Source: Candidatus Latescibacterota bacterium
Lineage (GTDB): Bacteria; Latescibacterota; UBA2968
DNA: 64,000 bases
Direction: 5' to 3'
NCBI GenBank assembly: GCA_965204375.1
Contig: OZ241986.1
Coordinates: forward strand, 3,264,001-3,328,000
Part shown: positions 62,106-64,000 of the stretch, piece after piece
Layout of the letters: every line of letters starts with the position of its first letter
Numbering within the stretch: the stretch's first letter is position 1
Program-made: the position numbers and the translations under genes
The notes under the pieces: generated by a model
What the model was told of the DNA's origin: nothing
What the model saw: the letters and a program-made list of their open reading frames with translations, nothing else
Database searches by the model: none

Positions 62106-63644
62106 CTAAATCGAATAACTTCGCCACCCCTCATAAATCGTCCGCACAGATACTTTAATCACCGCTGTTGTGGGCACGGCCAATAACATGCCAACTGCGC
62201 CAAACAACTCGCTGCCGACGAACACCGCAAAAATGACGAGCAGAGGATGCAAATTAACACTGCGTCCAACCACCATAGGAGCGACAAAAACATTATCTAC
62301 GAGCTGAACGATCGCAAACACAATAATCACTGGAATAACCACACCAAAACTCAGCGCAGAATATTGCAATACAGCGGCAACAACACCGGCAATAATCCCA
62401 ATCGCAGGTCCCATATAGGGAATTACATTGGCCAAACCAGCGAGAAGACCAATCACCAAAAAATGTTCCAGACCGATGATATAAAGTCCGGTACTTGACA
62501 AAAGCGAAACAATTATTACAGACAACACCATACCGCGCATATAGCTCCCCAATTGCCTGTCAATGCGATGCAACAGATTTAATATCAGTTCAAAATATCG
62601 ATTTGGCACCTGCTCGATAATCGCACGCTTGATCGTTCTGCCCTCTGCCAAAAAAAAGAATAAAGCAAACGGCACAATGATAAACAAGGTAAGTCCCGAT
62701 AGCAATTGCCCGACCAATCCGGGAGTTTCCTTAAGCAAAATTGTCACGACGTTTTGCAGATACTGATTCGCGGCCTGTATCCAATCGCGGCCCTTGAGCA
62801 CAGGCAAAATTTCTTCCTCCCAATCGCGGCCCTTGAGCATTGGCAAAATTTCTTCGAGATAGGTCTGAGCTGATTTCAGCCACGGCAGGAATGAAGTTTC
62901 ATAAACTGACTTGAGTGCCATCAAAGAACTGGGCTTGTATTTGCCAAACGCATGTTTTGTCGCCGAGATTAAAATTTTAGATGTGCCAAATTGAACCGAA
63001 GCCATTGTATCCGAAACCGATGACACATCCTCCATATTCCCTCTAAGCGTCAACACAATAGAATCTTCCCGGCTGCCAGACGAACCGTACAACCTCAAAG
63101 ACGCCTGGCGCGGTTCATCCGCTTGTGGAGAAAATACCACGCGCAGTGTATCTCGCCCACCGACCACTTTTGGGTTGGCCTGTGGGGCAGCGGATTCCGC
63201 GTCTCCCCCACCGGGTGTCAATTCCAGGGGCAAGCCTTCGACCTTAAAATCTTCGAGTTCGCTCTCAAACCGATCAATCATCACCACATCATCGCCCGTA
63301 TTTTCCACCACACAGTACCATGTGCCCTGCTCACCAATAATGCTCTTGACCATATCCTCCGTACCGCGCACAATCATAGGCGCGACCACAATAAGCGGAA
63401 TGACCACAATTGCAAAAACAGCCAGCAAGACAACAACCACGGCGATAAGACGATTTAAGCGGTGCGATTCGAGAAAATCAACCACGGGCATGAGAAAATA
63501 CGACAGCACAAACGCAATAAAAAAAGGGACCAGCGTACTTCGAATAGTATATAGCAACCAGATCATCACAACGATGAGGCTCAAAAAAATCACAATACGC
63601 AAAATCTGAGCAGTGCCCAGGCCGCCAGAAGAGGGTTCATTCAT
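62106..63644 (-). CDS. AI-2E family transporter with a large soluble insertion
   Basis: N-terminal TMs, NVIPYMGP, VQLVDNVFVAP, LHPL and GMLLAVP, with an inserted beta-rich segment of about 150 aa. Confidence 0.9.
   Translation of the reverse strand: MNEPSSGGLGTAQILRIVIFLSLIVVMIWLLYTIRSTLVPFFIAFVLSYFLMPVVDFLESHRLNRLIAVVVVLLAVFAIVVIPLIVVAPMIVRGTEDMVKSIIGEQGTWYCVVENTGDDVVMIDRFESELEDFKVEGLPLELTPGGGDAESAAPQANPKVVGGRDTLRVVFSPQADEPRQASLRLYGSSGSREDSIVLTLRGNMEDVSSVSDTMASVQFGTSKILISATKHAFGKYKPSSLMALKSVYETSFLPWLKSAQTYLEEILPMLKGRDWEEEILPVLKGRDWIQAANQYLQNVVTILLKETPGLVGQLLSGLTLFIIVPFALFFFLAEGRTIKRAIIEQVPNRYFELILNLLHRIDRQLGSYMRGMVLSVIIVSLLSSTGLYIIGLEHFLVIGLLAGLANVIPYMGPAIGIIAGVVAAVLQYSALSFGVVIPVIIVFAIVQLVDNVFVAPMVVGRSVNLHPLLVIFAVFVGSELFGAVGMLLAVPTTAVIKVSVRTIYEGWRSYSI
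62781..62855. repeat. 39-bp in-frame tandem duplication
   Basis: ccaatcgcggcccttgagca..ggcaaaatttcttc at 62781 and 62820; encodes EEILPMLKGRDW / EEILPVLKGRDW. Confidence 0.9.
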
Positions 63645-64000
63645 GACGCGTCTTCTCCGTCCTCTTTTTGTTTTGCCGCCAACTCATCTCGAGCCACCTG
63701 CAAACTGTGATTGGTTTGCCGCAATCGCTCCGCGATAATCCGCGCAAGTTGAATGGCAATTTTTACCCCCAAATGAGGTCGTTGTTCCGCCAACTGATGC
63801 AGTGCGTCTCGCGGGAAAAGTGCCAACCTGGTATCTTCTATCGCCACTGCTGCTGCTGTTCTCGGCACACCTTCCAAAAGTGCTGTTTCACCAAAAAAGG
63901 AACCGGATTCAGATTGGGCAAGCAGCACTTTCTCGCCGTCTTCACCATCCTTTTGAATCACTTCTACACACCCTTTTAACACCACGTAAACGCCGTCTCC
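63641..64000 (-). CDS. cyclic nucleotide-binding domain protein (5' end outside window)
   Basis: GSFFGETALL...PRTAAAVA cNMP cassette; ATGA overlap with the AI-2E gene. Confidence 0.88.
   Translation of the reverse strand, partial: GDGVYVVLKGCVEVIQKDGEDGEKVLLAQSESGSFFGETALLEGVPRTAAAVAIEDTRLALFPRDALHQLAEQRPHLGVKIAIQLARIIAERLRQTNHSLQVARDELAAKQKEDGEDAS

Overview
Bacterial chromosomal window with no rRNA, tRNA or CRISPR array seen. The gene repertoire (PhyH and enolase paralogues, Cache/SBP lipoproteins) is suggestive of a Latescibacterota/Gemmatimonadota-like, possibly host-associated organism; this is inference only. Core and metabolic content: ilvN-leuA-leuC behind a Leu/Val/Ile-rich leader peptide; a ggt/enolase/YkgJ/CnbZ-like catabolic operon; an OmpR-type regulator; cysK-yeiH; a CusCBA+HMA metal-efflux operon behind a Cys-rich RSPP-motif ORF; pdxA; an orphan RND pump followed by an unannotated 35-aa membrane protein; two modular lipoproteins plus a PLP decarboxylase; a selenocysteine formate dehydrogenase (in-frame UGA plus SECIS-like hairpin) with a NuoEF-like partner overlapping the end of a TPP-riboswitch thiamine operon; thiC under a second, back-to-back TPP riboswitch; mltF, tandem STAS proteins, pncC/cinA, valS and an AI-2E transporter. 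Accessory content: an rqlH-rqlI-like RecQ-PRTase/DprA pair; an intact tnpB inside a 1.3-kb segment bounded by 21-bp imperfect inverted repeats, sitting in the 3' end of an orphan C5 methyltransferase; and an AT-richer defence-like island (MNT-HEPN, ParA plus helical partner, IS256 scar, T5orf172-cold-shock fusion, truncated endonuclease, DNA methyltransferase). The best novelty candidates are the inverted-repeat-bounded TnpB element, the FDH-thiamine operon coupling, the modular lipoproteins and the small regulatory ORFs. All product calls come from motif recognition, not database searches.
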